This document shows, in pieces, positions 11,609-23,226 of a stretch of DNA of 64,000 bases. This DNA is from Eukaryota sp. TZLM1-RC. Its lineage: Eukaryota; Protista; Metamonada: BaSk clade. Made by a program: the position numbers and the translations under genes. A model generated the notes under the pieces. It was not told the DNA's origin, ran no database searches, and saw nothing but the letters and a program-made list of their open reading frames with translations. Where the stretch lies: NCBI GenBank assembly GCA_040285825.1, contig JAUPSS010000004.1, positions 4,555,784-4,619,783 on the forward strand, read 5' to 3'. Position 1 is the stretch's first letter; each line of letters starts with the position of its first letter.

Positions 11609-12350
11609 GATCAAGTTGATCTTTTCAAAACTTGAGGTCTTTGCATTTCCTTCAAGATACTGATCCACAACATGAATCATAATAAGAACAGCATTGACAT
11701 TACGATTCCATAGACATCCACACTTCTTGCAAGTGAGTAATCCATGTCTAAGGACCGTCGTAGTCTTTGCTCTCCTGTAAGGTCTTGAGTTTGGTTCTCG
11801 ATGTTTCTTTACATTTTCACCTTCTTTTCCGTCGAGTACACATTCGTGGCATCTACAACTTGTTCTGTATTTATCCAGTAGCAATAGACGGAAGTTACGT
11901 TTTTCCTCTCTGAAGCCATGAATCTTTGCAGTTTCATGACTCTTAATTCTTTGTTAAAGTAAAAAGCTTCTACATGAAGAGAAGAGTTGTTTTTGCCTTG
12001 CAGTAATATAAGAATTTTTCATGATCTAGAGTTTTCTTTGAAAAATTGTACTAATTCTTCTTCCCGCTCCTTTACAGTTTTGTTTTGATAAATCCATCAT
12101 TCTTTGGCATCCTTATAGAATTTTTGATGGTCTTTATTATCGAAATCTTGAATACAGCCTGTAGTCAACGAGCTCGAAATACAAGTCTACATTCTTTTAA
12201 AAATAGAAAGTGTAATTTTGCCTTGTTCAGAAGTTTGAACAAATATTATTTTGTTGCCGGAATGGATATATGCTGAATGTTAGCCTTCATGAATAAAATA
12301 TATTTAAATTTTGTTGAAGAGAATGGGAAAATGTGTATTGTGTAAAGGGG
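11609..12350 (-). mobile_element. Fanzor1 (TnpB-like) remnant, family A, internally deleted
   Basis: KTVKEREEEL.., LLLDKYRTSCRCHEC, RPYR..RHGLLTCKKC..WNRNVNA..RPQVLKR*; ends at GATCAAcTTGATC. The 5' limit is approximate. Confidence 0.85.
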
Positions 12351-12711
12351 ATTTTATTAAAGATAACTCTATTCCATAACTCTATTAAGTTCTTGGTTGT
12401 TTAGAGGTAAAATGAGATAGTTTTTGGTTATCAACTTCACAGTGCAGAACCTTCCTTTAAGAACAAATTAACAGTAATAAATGAGGTAATGTACAATTAA
12501 GGAAATTACTAAAATCAAAAATGACATTTTCTTAACCTTATTGACTTGGGTCCTTTCCTGAATCAAAGCGAACCTCAGAATCATTCAGTGAAGGATCCTC
12601 TCCTGAGTCGCATTGAGGTTGGTATCTTTCATTCAGAAAACGATTTGGTTGACGTACACATTCTCAACTTAATTGATAAAATTTATTATTTTATTATTTT
12701 ATTAGAAGAAA

Positions 12712-14817
12712 TCACCTAGACCGAGGATGAGATCGAGCCATAGTGATTGAAACTACTCTACCATTAACTAAACTTCTGCTAAAACTATCAATAATGTCGT
12801 TAGCACGATCAAAACCTCGAACATGGACAAAAGCATTACCAGTAGGTTTGGAAATGGTTCTGTTTCGCTTTCTACTAAAGATCGGCTTTCTTTTAATCTT
12901 AACTCCAATGACAGGAAGATTTCTTTCAAGAGCCCAACTTAGTAGTTGTTGTTCCGACATTGAAAAAGGAAGGTTGGAAAAGTAAAGTGTAAAAACTTCA
13001 TTATTGTTTCGACCTCCAATTGCTCGTTGTTCCCTTGCTCCAGTAATCCTATCAGCATAAGATCTGATGTTGTTGACTGGTATGTTGACTGGTCCGTTGA
13101 TATTACTATTACTGTTGTTGTTTGATGAATCATGTTTTAATTCTTCAAGGTCGACACCAAGCTTTTCTAGACTTGTTTTAGCATCTTCATCACCAGCCAA
13201 TGCTGCTTTCTTATACCAACTAATGGCCATTTCCTTGTCCCTTTCAACACCCCTTCCCCCTTCAAAACATTCAGCCACTGTGTACATCGCATCAGAAAAC
13301 CCCAAATTAGCTGAATTTAAATACAAAGCAAAACCCTTTTCCTCAGATTGTTCAACACCTTTGCCACAAACAAAACAATGTCCTAACAGAAGAAAAGCTA
13401 CTGGGTTACTCAACTCTGTGGCCTTTTGGTATAACTGAATGGCTTCTTTAATGTTTTTCCTTACCCCAAACCCATTTTCCAGAGCATAACCAAGATTAAC
13501 CATAGCATCAACGCTACCATGTTCAACACCTAGTTTAAAGTATTTAGCTGCTGTCTTTTTATTTTTCGTGGTTCCAAACCCATTGAAAAAACATTCGCCT
13601 AAATAATTCATGGAATCAGCGTTACCCAGTTCAACACCTTTTTTAAATAACTGAATAGCTTCTGAATAGTTTTCATTATTATAAAGTTCTTTTGCTTTGG
13701 TTAGGTAATCACAAATCAATGAATCACCATTCTTGACTTTCTTTTCTTGATCAAAATATGGTTTTAAAATAGTTTCTGATTCATCTGCCAAATATTGATA
13801 AACAGATTGAGAATTTGGCCTTTTAGTAGCATCCACTTCAACCATTGTCTCCACCAATGACTTTAACGGTTCTGAAAGAAATTCCAAGTCAATTAAAGCG
13901 GCTCCTCCCTTATTAATTCTTTGAACTTGGAGTTGGTTTGCATTTGACGCCATTCTCGACGGGTCCTTATTGGTGAACAGTCCCCATAAAATAATTCCAA
14001 ACGAAAACACATCAGAAGCAACATTTGCTTTCAAATCTTGACCACTAAGAACTTGTGGGGACATATAAGCCAGTGTGCCAAGAGTGGTTTGGGTTAGCGT
14101 TGCTTCTTGACTTCTCGAGTCGTCAAAATCACCAAGTTTAGCACCCACCACCTCATTGGCCCTTATCTTGAGGAGAACATTCCCCGCTGATAGATCACGA
14201 TGAACAATATTGGATTGGTGGAATGATAAGAGAGCCAATGCAATGTCTTCAGCTATAATGTAAGCTTCTTTAATGCTTAAAAAACTTTTCCCGTCTTCTG
14301 CTTGTTTTTGATTGAAGACATCCTGTAAAGAACAGCTGAGACGTTCTTGAACTAACCCAGGAGGATCCAAAGTAACTCCAAATAGAGAAACAACAGTTGA
14401 GGGATAGGAAAGTAATTTAAAGGTTTGAAATACTCTTTTTACATCATCAATCACCTTATCCTTGTTGTTTTCTGAACAGTAGAGAGACTTCCAAACGATG
14501 GGTCTTGACTTGAACATGCCTGTTCTAATGTGAGCTCTACGGGTGCTAGAAAGAGGGTGAAGACTATAGAGATCAGACGTTTGAATAATGGTAGGTCGTA
14601 AAACATCGGCCATGACCTCGCGAAGTTGATAATTCACAGTAAGATTACGAGGATTGGATGGAGTACGGCAATTGGGACAAGTTTGATTATATGCAAACCA
14701 CTGTGAGATACAATCTTTACAAAAGGTGTGTCCACACGCGAGTACAATGGGCTCAAGTAGTAGACCTTCATGAATCTTACAAAGGAAGCTATCAGGATGT
14801 GTAACAGAGGGGTCCAT
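12712..14817 (-). CDS. RING finger - TKL-like protein kinase - Sel1 repeats - RRM multidomain protein
   Basis: C3HC4-like RING (CGHTFC..C..CPNCR), HRDLSAGN/DFD/GTLAYMSP, about five Sel1 repeats, RNP motifs LYFSNL and GNAFVH. Confidence 0.85.
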   Translation of the reverse strand: MDPSVTHPDSFLCKIHEGLLLEPIVLACGHTFCKDCISQWFAYNQTCPNCRTPSNPRNLTVNYQLREVMADVLRPTIIQTSDLYSLHPLSSTRRAHIRTGMFKSRPIVWKSLYCSENNKDKVIDDVKRVFQTFKLLSYPSTVVSLFGVTLDPPGLVQERLSCSLQDVFNQKQAEDGKSFLSIKEAYIIAEDIALALLSFHQSNIVHRDLSAGNVLLKIRANEVVGAKLGDFDDSRSQEATLTQTTLGTLAYMSPQVLSGQDLKANVASDVFSFGIILWGLFTNKDPSRMASNANQLQVQRINKGGAALIDLEFLSEPLKSLVETMVEVDATKRPNSQSVYQYLADESETILKPYFDQEKKVKNGDSLICDYLTKAKELYNNENYSEAIQLFKKGVELGNADSMNYLGECFFNGFGTTKNKKTAAKYFKLGVEHGSVDAMVNLGYALENGFGVRKNIKEAIQLYQKATELSNPVAFLLLGHCFVCGKGVEQSEEKGFALYLNSANLGFSDAMYTVAECFEGGRGVERDKEMAISWYKKAALAGDEDAKTSLEKLGVDLEELKHDSSNNNSNSNINGPVNIPVNNIRSYADRITGAREQRAIGGRNNNEVFTLYFSNLPFSMSEQQLLSWALERNLPVIGVKIKRKPIFSRKRNRTISKPTGNAFVHVRGFDRANDIIDSFSRSLVNGRVVSITMARSHPRSR

Positions 14818-15842
14818 AATCGGAATGATGCTGGTGTTGAGATCTTCAGATCAGGTTCAAACACCAAGTAAAGTGTTTTGGAGGTAGCATCAACGAATTT
14901 TTCCTATAAAATACAGTCTATTAATAACAAAGCATTCCTCATTGACCTTCAACTGATCTACTGAGCTTGCAACACTTTTAGTTAATACTGACGGTGTTGA
15001 ATTGATTCTACAATGTCGCACAACCTTATACGAGATTCTCTAGCAGAAAAGTTGCGGTACGAGCATTTGAAAGTTTGAAATGCTAATTCATTGCAGGGGA
15101 TTTTCATTGTAAACTTTAAAATGAATAATCTGTTCACCAATGAAATGCAAGTATCAGTAACTATTCCTGATACAAAAATTATAAAAGGATATTTTTCATG
15201 CATAAAATATGTATTGGAAACAATAATAGACTCTGATTTCGTGCTTGTTTATATAAAATTTTTCATTTTATTGTACTTTTTGAATTTTTTGAACAGAAAA
15301 AGTCAAAATTTGGAGATAAACAACCAAAGCTCTACATCCTCAAACTTTGTCTGTTCAACATCGCAAAAGTTAATTACTAAAGACTGTTCGGCCACAAGAA
15401 ACCATGAAAACGCATAATAAAAATATGAATCAATGATCCACTTGTTGAATCAGTTTGAAAGTCAAATGTTCTATTTACTAAAGGTGAACAGAAGTGATCA
15501 ACTACTGTCTGAAATGCATCAATTCTGTTGAATTTGATTTAGTATTCAAGAACTTAATCAATGATTTAGGATATAAAATTTACTTTACAAAAAGCCTCTG
15601 TGCAAAGTTGTGGGAGTCATGGGTCCTATTTGTATCGTCACGTAACATCTTCTAATTTAGATTAATGAGGAAGAGATTTTTTCCTGAATACATTATATTT
15701 CTTACCAAGTGTTATACGTTGTATATGAAAGACTAATTCTGATGAGAATGATCGGAAAAATTGAAGAAAATCGTCAATGTATTGATCAAAATAAAAAGGT
15801 TTGAATTTAAATAAAATTAGAATTATTAATTAGAATTAATGC

Positions 15843-16331
15843 TTACTTTATTATAACATCCTTTTTTATCCGTTTGAAAGCTTGAATTTGAGACACATTA
15901 AGAGTCTGAATATACTGATAAACCTCCGCATTATGATATCTCAACCCAGAAGAAGGATCAGTATAGAGTGCCGGTAACCCCGTTAAATCACAATAGTTCT
16001 GCTTAGGTAAGAATGAATGGGGAACTTCTATTGACTTAAATGTTGGTATTTGTGGAGGTAAGGACTCAACCTTCTCTGCACTGAGGATCTGTTTTAAGCT
16101 ACGGAATGTACGTTTTTTCTTTTGCTTGTTCCAATTGGGATTCTTCCAAGGAATGGCAGAAACCACAGTAGAAACAGGAGAAGGTACTGGACTGGGTGCT
16201 ATTTGGGCAGGTGGAGATGGTGTGATGTCTCCTCTGGAGAGTCTTTTAAGTCGGAGTTTTTTGATTGGAGGGGTGGGTGTTGGAGGAAGTTCTTCCTCTT
16301 CTGATTCAAAGAACTCTTCATCAGACGACAT
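15843..16331 (-). CDS. INO80C: INO80 complex subunit C (Ies6, YL1_C domain)
   Basis: SLKQIL..E, SIE.P.S..P...YCDLTGLPA.YTDP..GLRY; ATG at 16331. Confidence 0.92.
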   Translation of the reverse strand: MSSDEEFFESEEEELPPTPTPPIKKLRLKRLSRGDITPSPPAQIAPSPVPSPVSTVVSAIPWKNPNWNKQKKKRTFRSLKQILSAEKVESLPPQIPTFKSIEVPHSFLPKQNYCDLTGLPALYTDPSSGLRYHNAEVYQYIQTLNVSQIQAFKRIKKDVIIK

Positions 16332-18390
16332 CGACTTAGAACAGAAGGTGAGATGCAATTAGTATTTTATTGTTCCAATCAAATATCCACTACAAATACC
16401 ATATGCGCTGGTGACGTTTAAAAGATAATCAACGAATGTGGCTTCTCCCATTATTTTACATGTTCTACTGAACACTGGGTCAAAAGGTGAAAATGGTCAG
16501 AAAAAAAGACCAAAAGAGCTATTACCTCAGAAAGACATTTAGCTTCGTCTGTGATCATTCTCAACACTGTTCCTTGTTCCGTGTTCAATATGGTGGTTCA
16601 TGTTACAAGGTAAAATTTGAGCTCAATATGATACATGCTTACGAAGCTTCTTTGAACACATATCGTAGTTTGTCAATATTGCAGGTATTGTGTTGTGTAA
16701 AGAATTTAAAAGGAAAATATTACAACGTACAGCTGTTATTGTTCGAAATTGTTGGGAAATCAAAAGATAAAGAGGTTGTTGATGCTTATAAACAAATGAA
16801 GCCAAATACAAAGAATGCCCAAGCTGTTAAAATGGAAATATAAATAAAAGTTGCAAGTTTCCAATCGGATAACAGAATTACCAACACAGCAAGCAATTGA
16901 GCATTATCCCATTCCATACATTTTTATCAAATATATTAATTTGTTGAAAAATAAGGCAAAAAGTCCTCAACAGACACTCACACTCAAAAAATGATTGTGT
17001 TTTTCCAAAAGGCTAAACTTGTGGTGTCCAGCTTGCAGTTGCTGAAGAACTACAATTAAACATGTGTTTTGTTGTTCTCCTTTCAAAGTGTTCAACAGTG
17101 TGCAATTTACATTAATTTAGTTATTTGTAAACTGTGAATGGAATTCATTCACAATTGAATGACTAATTTGTATCAAATGTTTGTCCTGCTCAAGCCTATC
17201 ATTAGCAGTAACCATCATTGATCGACAACGGTATTTGTCATGATTGATCACTGATCTACGATCAAAGGAGAGGGCAACCGCTGAATTATTTTGTCATTCA
17301 AACAATAATGTTGGTTTCCACTGCAGTTACCAAAGAAAAAGCTATGAAATGACAACAGCTAAATTTGACCTTTTGTCACGTCATCATTGTTGATTTGTTG
17401 TTTTCCAACCTTTATCATACTGGGATACAAAAACCCTTTTTAAGCATTAAGGGTTTAAAGATGTATTAAATGACTTTTATGTGATGTGTTGTAGACTGTG
17501 TGGTCAACATATGAGAAGAAAATGAGACATTTATTGAATAAAATGATGACTTTCTGTGTGTAAGGTGTTGAAGCAAAAATTTGACAGAAACCTAGTAATA
17601 ATAAAAGAAACAAAAAACAATGAAAGAGATAGAGAAGCAGGTCGTTTATAGTGTCATTAATTCAAAAACTGTAGAAATTAGAAAAATGATAGAACTCTGG
17701 TTCTGGTGATGGAGGAGGTATTTACTGCGATTGAATTAACAACTCTAAAACAACTGTTGACTTTGATACCTGTCGCGTTGCAAATGAAACTTTGGTTTAG
17801 AGAAGAACAATAAATCAAGTAAATTCAATTCAAAGCAATAGAAAAACATAAAGAATGATAGTGATATTGAAGCGACAAAGAGAAATAAGCAACTTGTTTT
17901 CATTACTTTTCAATTTTTCTCTAAATCAGACACTACCAGGAGAAGGAAATTTGTTTGAGTACCAAAAAACGGTTCAAGAATGCACAGTGAAGAGGATTGT
18001 TTTCTTTTAATGACATTTTTGAATTATATTTTCCATCAACACTAGTTTGCCCTTCCTTTTTATAAAATCAAAGAAGTATAGTAAGAAAACCAGCAGTTCA
18101 AGATTTCGTAAGGAAAATCATGGTTTAAGGAATTTCGTCCCATTATATGGAAGTTTATTTTGTCACTTGTTAAAGTTTATTGGAAAAGAGAGGCACAGAA
18201 TTGAAGAGTTTTTATTCATTGTTCATGTTATTGATGCTTTTCCTTTTTGACACAAATCATACCATATATTTATCGGTACATTATGAATTACGGAATTCAA
18301 ATTGTAGTACACGAGGAGGAACACTCAACAGAGTGGATCGATCATTTCAAACGACCGTCTTCATTGTGAATGAAATCAATGAGGAATAAT

Positions 18391-18729
18391 TTTCCCACGC
18401 AATGGACTTGCATTTTCCAGGTCTCAATTTCTTCACTTTCGCATACCTATAGAAGTGCCGATCTGTGATGGATCTGCCTCGGTAGTGGAAGCCTCTGCAT
18501 TGCACTGTCATCTGCGGTTCTCTGTCATCGACGACGAGTTGTCTTGGATGTGACTGAGTCGTTGTGGTACACTGTCGAATGGTAGTTGGACCTCAACGTT
18601 GGTTGTGGGGAAAGGAGGAGGCCTGCATCAAGGAACACTCAAAACCTACAATTCAGACATGATCAAGATCGCAGCTCTGAGATGTCGGCTCCATAGAAGC
18701 GTGTGGTGCATTGGCGACTTCTTTTTTAC
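18391..18729. repeat. ~340-bp dispersed repeat, copy 2
   Basis: Reverse complement of 5653-5990. Confidence 0.85.
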
Positions 18730-19297
18730 AGTCCAACCGTTCCATCAGGCTTTCCAAGCTTCAACATGAAATCAGTTAATATCTCATAAAATTGGTCTCT
18801 GGTGCTTTCTCTTTCACAACTTTATTACAATCCACCTTTGCCAACACAGTCAACGCTTTGCCGACCCAGCAAGTATTCATGTATACATGTGCTGGTACCA
18901 TATTTAATACGGTACCATACGGTGTCATATGTCAAAGACGGTGTAATTTTGTGTCAGGATCTCAAGATGAATATGAACTGTATAGAGTGTACATATCCTA
19001 GATTTGAGTATAAACCCAATCGTTACACACATACAGCTATTTGAGATACATCGCTACACGTTTAATTCAGTAGTAGTTAGCATTTGTTATCCCCCTACTA
19101 TATACACAACATTTCTTTTGTCAAGTATTTTCAATATTGAACCATCTCTTTTAAAGACAACATTATCTTGTTAAATATGGAATTTCCAAATATACTACAT
19201 TATTTGGTTTAAACAAAATAGGTCTGTCCAAATTCTGAACAGAATTGTACTGATCTGAGCTGAGCTCAACCGGAACCCAAAAGAATGGTCAAATTTA

Positions 19298-19745
19298 ATG
19301 AATTTATTGGATGTAATGTCTGTTGATCCTTGTAATGCCTCAAATGAAAGGCTAGTTAATTCTGAAATTCATAATCCCCTTTCAAATGCTGAAAATTTCA
19401 AATTCAAAAAATACAATGAACCTTTGTCCAAATTGGCCAGTCTACAGCATGCAAAATACAATTTGTATACATTTGTATTTTCTCTTTTTGGTTCACTTGC
19501 ACCAACTGCTTTACGTTTTTTGGATGATTTTGAAATGATTGTAAAGAGAAGAACTGGCAGAAATTTCAACAGATTGTTTTGGCAAAACAGAATTGTGTTT
19601 TCTATTTTTAAGGGGATGTTGAAGATGGTTTCTGATGCTTTGCTTTCTCTTGGATCTCACTATGAGAGAGTTGCATCTAGTGTTTTTGTTCTGGGAGAGA
19701 TGGATTTTTTAGATGTTGATTTATAGGTTTTGAATAAAATTAAAA
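19298..19745 (+). mobile_element. CRE-like non-LTR 3' fragment (RLE C-terminus)
   Basis: DV.SVD, K.KKYNEPL, FVFSLFG, FWQNRIVFSI; AATAAA after the stop. Confidence 0.8.
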
Positions 19746-19817
19746 TTTTGGTGAAAAAAAAAATTAATGAATAATTCAAAAACCTCATAATTTGCATTCG
19801 TCAAGGTTCCTCACTGA

Positions 19818-20696
19818 ATGAGATTGAGGGAGCTTCTTAAGCATGAACTTCCTGCTGAAGAACTTTCCCAAGTGCGTAACAGCTTTGACATTATTGGAAG
19901 CATCTGCATTGTTGAGTTACCTCCCCCGCTTTCCGCTTACTACACGTTGATTTGTTCCAAAATCTTGAACAAAAATCGCAAAGTCAAAACCATTTTAAAT
20001 AAACATCAGTCAAAACATTATGGAGCTTTGCGGCAACTAAATCTCACATATCTACATGGTGAAGAAACCTTTGAAACAGTTCACACTGAGGATGGTATAC
20101 GGCTTCTTCTGAATGTTTCACAGTGTTATTTTTCTGTTCGTTCACTCACAGAACGGAGAAGAATTGCATCACTTCTGAAATCACCAGAAGCGGTGCTGGT
20201 CATGTTCTCTGGTATTGGAGGTTTTCTTGCCCATTTATATAAGACAGGGTTGCTGTTCAAAGGTGTGGGAATCGAACTTAATCCTGACTCGGTTAGATGC
20301 AGTTTGGAAACATTGAAATTGAACAATATCACAAATGCTAGCATTGTAGAGGGGGATGTTGAGAGTTACATTACACAATCAAGAGTCAAGGAAATTCTGC
20401 CTGTTTTTGACCGAATAGTTGCCCCTATTCCACATACATGTTATTGTTTGGATAATGTACCTGAAAGCTTTGAATTTAATGATTTTATTGATTCAATTTT
20501 GAAATTTGCAAAGAAAAAAACAATTATTCATTTGTATTTCTTTGGAACTAGAAAGGCAGTTGATATTTACATCAACAACAAATTAACCCAAAAGGTACAA
20601 CAATTCGGTTTTAATTTAAAGATATTAAACATAATCAAGTGTGGAAATATTGCTCCAAAAATCCACCGTTTTTGCCTTGATTTTGAACTAAATTGA
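19818..20696 (+). CDS. Trm5/Tyw2 (Met-10+-like) SAM-dependent tRNA methyltransferase, archaeal-like
   Basis: SFDIIGSI, ETVHTE.G, YFS.R..TERRRI, VMFSGIG, IELNP, FDRIV.P, C-terminal CG..AP...RFCLDF. Confidence 0.85.
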   Translation: MRLRELLKHELPAEELSQVRNSFDIIGSICIVELPPPLSAYYTLICSKILNKNRKVKTILNKHQSKHYGALRQLNLTYLHGEETFETVHTEDGIRLLLNVSQCYFSVRSLTERRRIASLLKSPEAVLVMFSGIGGFLAHLYKTGLLFKGVGIELNPDSVRCSLETLKLNNITNASIVEGDVESYITQSRVKEILPVFDRIVAPIPHTCYCLDNVPESFEFNDFIDSILKFAKKKTIIHLYFFGTRKAVDIYINNKLTQKVQQFGFNLKILNIIKCGNIAPKIHRFCLDFELN

Positions 20697-20736
20697 GCAT
20701 TGAGAATTAAAAAACTCTCTAAATAAATTCCATTAC

Positions 20737-23226
20737 CTAAAAGCCCTTCATTCTTTTCTTTTTCTTTTTTGGTGTTTTAACTGGGGTGTTAACTACAGAA
20801 CTTGCTACTCTTTCTCTTCTTGGTTCAGGTTCTATACTCTCGACCTTTACCTCCCTCCTTACTTGGGGTTGAGATTGGGATTCGACTTGAGATTGGGGTT
20901 GAGGCTGAGGTGGAGGGTCGTCAAGATCAAGAGGTGTGGGATTGCCGGGAAAGCTGGATTTTTCCCAGGATTTAATTGCTATTCCTGAAGGTTTAGCCTT
21001 GTTGGAAACTCTATTCCCAGTAGCAATCGCAACTGTTCTTTTTGCATCACCAAGGGTCGGATCTCTCCATAGCTTCATCAACTTAATGATAAATTTGGCC
21101 CTCTTCTCTAATTCCTCTCCTTCTAACAGACTCCCCTCCTCCAATCTCTTCTCTACCCAATGGTCAGTGGAAGTAGTTATGAGAAGTGAAGATGGATGAT
21201 GTGGAGGGAGTCCAGAGGCAGAGGAATAGAGAAGAGTGGATGCAATTTCAATGAATGGTTGGATTGATTCCACATTGATTGAAGATTTAATTAAATCCTC
21301 ATCAATGGTCCAAGATTTAATATTTTTGATGTAAGTTTGTGTCAACTTCAACAATAATTGACAATCACATTCACAAAGAAATTGGGACCTAAACCAAAAA
21401 TAATATTCAAACAAAGTAACAGGGTATTTACAAAGGTAATTGGTGATAGCTTTAGTGTTTTCGGTGAGGATATCTGTAACTCTTTTGATTATTCGATCAT
21501 CAATAGCTTTGGAGATTGTGATATCTTTTACAATTTCTTCTCTAATCGACCGAAAATCTAAAGTTTCATTGATTGAAAGATCTGATCTGTTTCTAATACT
21601 AGACAGTTCTTCGAACAAAATACAATGTTCCTTAGTTTCTGGGCAATCAAAATTGATAGCCGAAATAGATTCATCACGTGAACAAACGGTCAAAAACACG
21701 TGACCCATTGACGAGCCTTGACTAACCACCAACTTTCCATCAACCTCACCTAAACCCCACCCACTGGTTTGAGGAACTACAAGGTTCTTATGATTGGGAT
21801 CAACCACCAGTGATGGATGAGGTCTTTTAAAGGAAGGAATGATGATTGGAGGCGAACTAGGAACCAAGTCTTGTTCAAATGAGTATAACAAACTTTGAGA
21901 ATCGTTACCAAGCAAAAGCAGATCTCCACAATTCTCAATGAATTTTGGAGGTGATGTTAAAGAATGGCAATGCTCAAACAAAGATTTAGCAGTAAATCTC
22001 AGGTCAAAACCATAAACAAAAGAAGAATCACCCAGGAAGTAAAGAAAGGGGTTGGTTGGTTGATCATGGGACGGGGTCGCCATGCATGAAAGACTGGATG
22101 AGGGGGATGAATAGATGAGGTTTGATTTGGCGGTACGAAGGTCAACGTGATTGATTAAATTACGATTGACAGTTAAAAACTGGAATGGGTTGCCGAGCCA
22201 AGAAATGCGATGAGAGTCTGATCGATTGGTTGAGAATGAACGAATTGAGTCACAACTAGGCTTAATTGTTGAGTTACTCATTCTATCAACAGCAACCTCT
22301 CCAATCACCACGTCACCATTGTCCAATATTCCAGCGGTTCGGAAAATTCCCTTCACTGGTGACAAAGCAACATCAATTACTATTGAATTAGTTGAGAAAT
22401 CGCAAATAAACTTACTACTTACCTCTTCTCTTCTTCTGCTAGATGGAGTGAATGATCCATCCTTGGCAAAGTGGCGACGAGATAGAGTGATATTGGAAGA
22501 GTCTACAAGTGATGACGTGGCAGTGACGTCATCAAAGCAGCAAGAGTCAACGATGGATAGGGAGATCCCATAATGACAAGCAGTTGAAACTCCTATTATA
22601 GAACCTGTCAGATTTGTAGCTTGAATATTATAAATAGGTCCACAAACAGCGTTACCGACTGCACGTGATATATCTGGTATTATTGACCGATGTCTAGCAG
22701 ACTCCGGAAGACTAGTTGGATAGACAGGGGAAAACAGCCGTGCCGTGTGGAAGCAGTCCATTCTATCACCAGAAACCCAGAAAAGAAGAGGAGTACCAGA
22801 AGGACTGTTGTGTATGAACGACTGACGAGGAAAGGTTTCATAGAAGTCTGCTTCGATGTCCTCCGTGATCAGGGAGGAGACATCTGGGAAAAGGTGTTTG
22901 GAATACGTTTCTTCCAACAAATATTTTGCCGAGAATACCTCTGCTTGTATAATACGTTTATTAATGGATCTTCGATAATTGGTAAATGAGGCGTAGCGAG
23001 GAGTGTATTGACCCCATAACCATGACAAACGTGAAGATGGAGAAACAATTCTGTAGGGAAGAGTGGATGGATACCACTGCTGTTGGCCATATTTAAAACT
23101 TCCAAAGGATGGAGGCTCTGTTGCAGGGAATGAACATTTGAACGAATTAAAACAACCGAAATCAGGAACAGTGTGTGGAGGGAACGATGGAAAGATGTTT
23201 CTAGGAAAAGATGACCGTTGTTGCAT
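20737..23226 (-). CDS. TAF1C/Rrn6-like RNA polymerase I factor
   Basis: Central WD-like repeats (DLR motifs) and C-terminal KKKKKRMKGF, as at the end of TAF1C/Rrn6. Confidence 0.55.
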   Translation of the reverse strand: MQQRSSFPRNIFPSFPPHTVPDFGCFNSFKCSFPATEPPSFGSFKYGQQQWYPSTLPYRIVSPSSRLSWLWGQYTPRYASFTNYRRSINKRIIQAEVFSAKYLLEETYSKHLFPDVSSLITEDIEADFYETFPRQSFIHNSPSGTPLLFWVSGDRMDCFHTARLFSPVYPTSLPESARHRSIIPDISRAVGNAVCGPIYNIQATNLTGSIIGVSTACHYGISLSIVDSCCFDDVTATSSLVDSSNITLSRRHFAKDGSFTPSSRRREEVSSKFICDFSTNSIVIDVALSPVKGIFRTAGILDNGDVVIGEVAVDRMSNSTIKPSCDSIRSFSTNRSDSHRISWLGNPFQFLTVNRNLINHVDLRTAKSNLIYSSPSSSLSCMATPSHDQPTNPFLYFLGDSSFVYGFDLRFTAKSLFEHCHSLTSPPKFIENCGDLLLLGNDSQSLLYSFEQDLVPSSPPIIIPSFKRPHPSLVVDPNHKNLVVPQTSGWGLGEVDGKLVVSQGSSMGHVFLTVCSRDESISAINFDCPETKEHCILFEELSSIRNRSDLSINETLDFRSIREEIVKDITISKAIDDRIIKRVTDILTENTKAITNYLCKYPVTLFEYYFWFRSQFLCECDCQLLLKLTQTYIKNIKSWTIDEDLIKSSINVESIQPFIEIASTLLYSSASGLPPHHPSSLLITTSTDHWVEKRLEEGSLLEGEELEKRAKFIIKLMKLWRDPTLGDAKRTVAIATGNRVSNKAKPSGIAIKSWEKSSFPGNPTPLDLDDPPPQPQPQSQVESQSQPQVRREVKVESIEPEPRRERVASSVVNTPVKTPKKKKKRMKGF

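Noticed and set aside
16440-16843. Possible MULE DNA-binding fragment (a similar one lies at 40633-40818)
   Set aside because: Too decayed; no TIR or TSD found.
18681-18691. GATGTCGGCTC, matching an LSU rRNA motif
   Set aside because: Only 11 nt; the flanks do not resemble rRNA.
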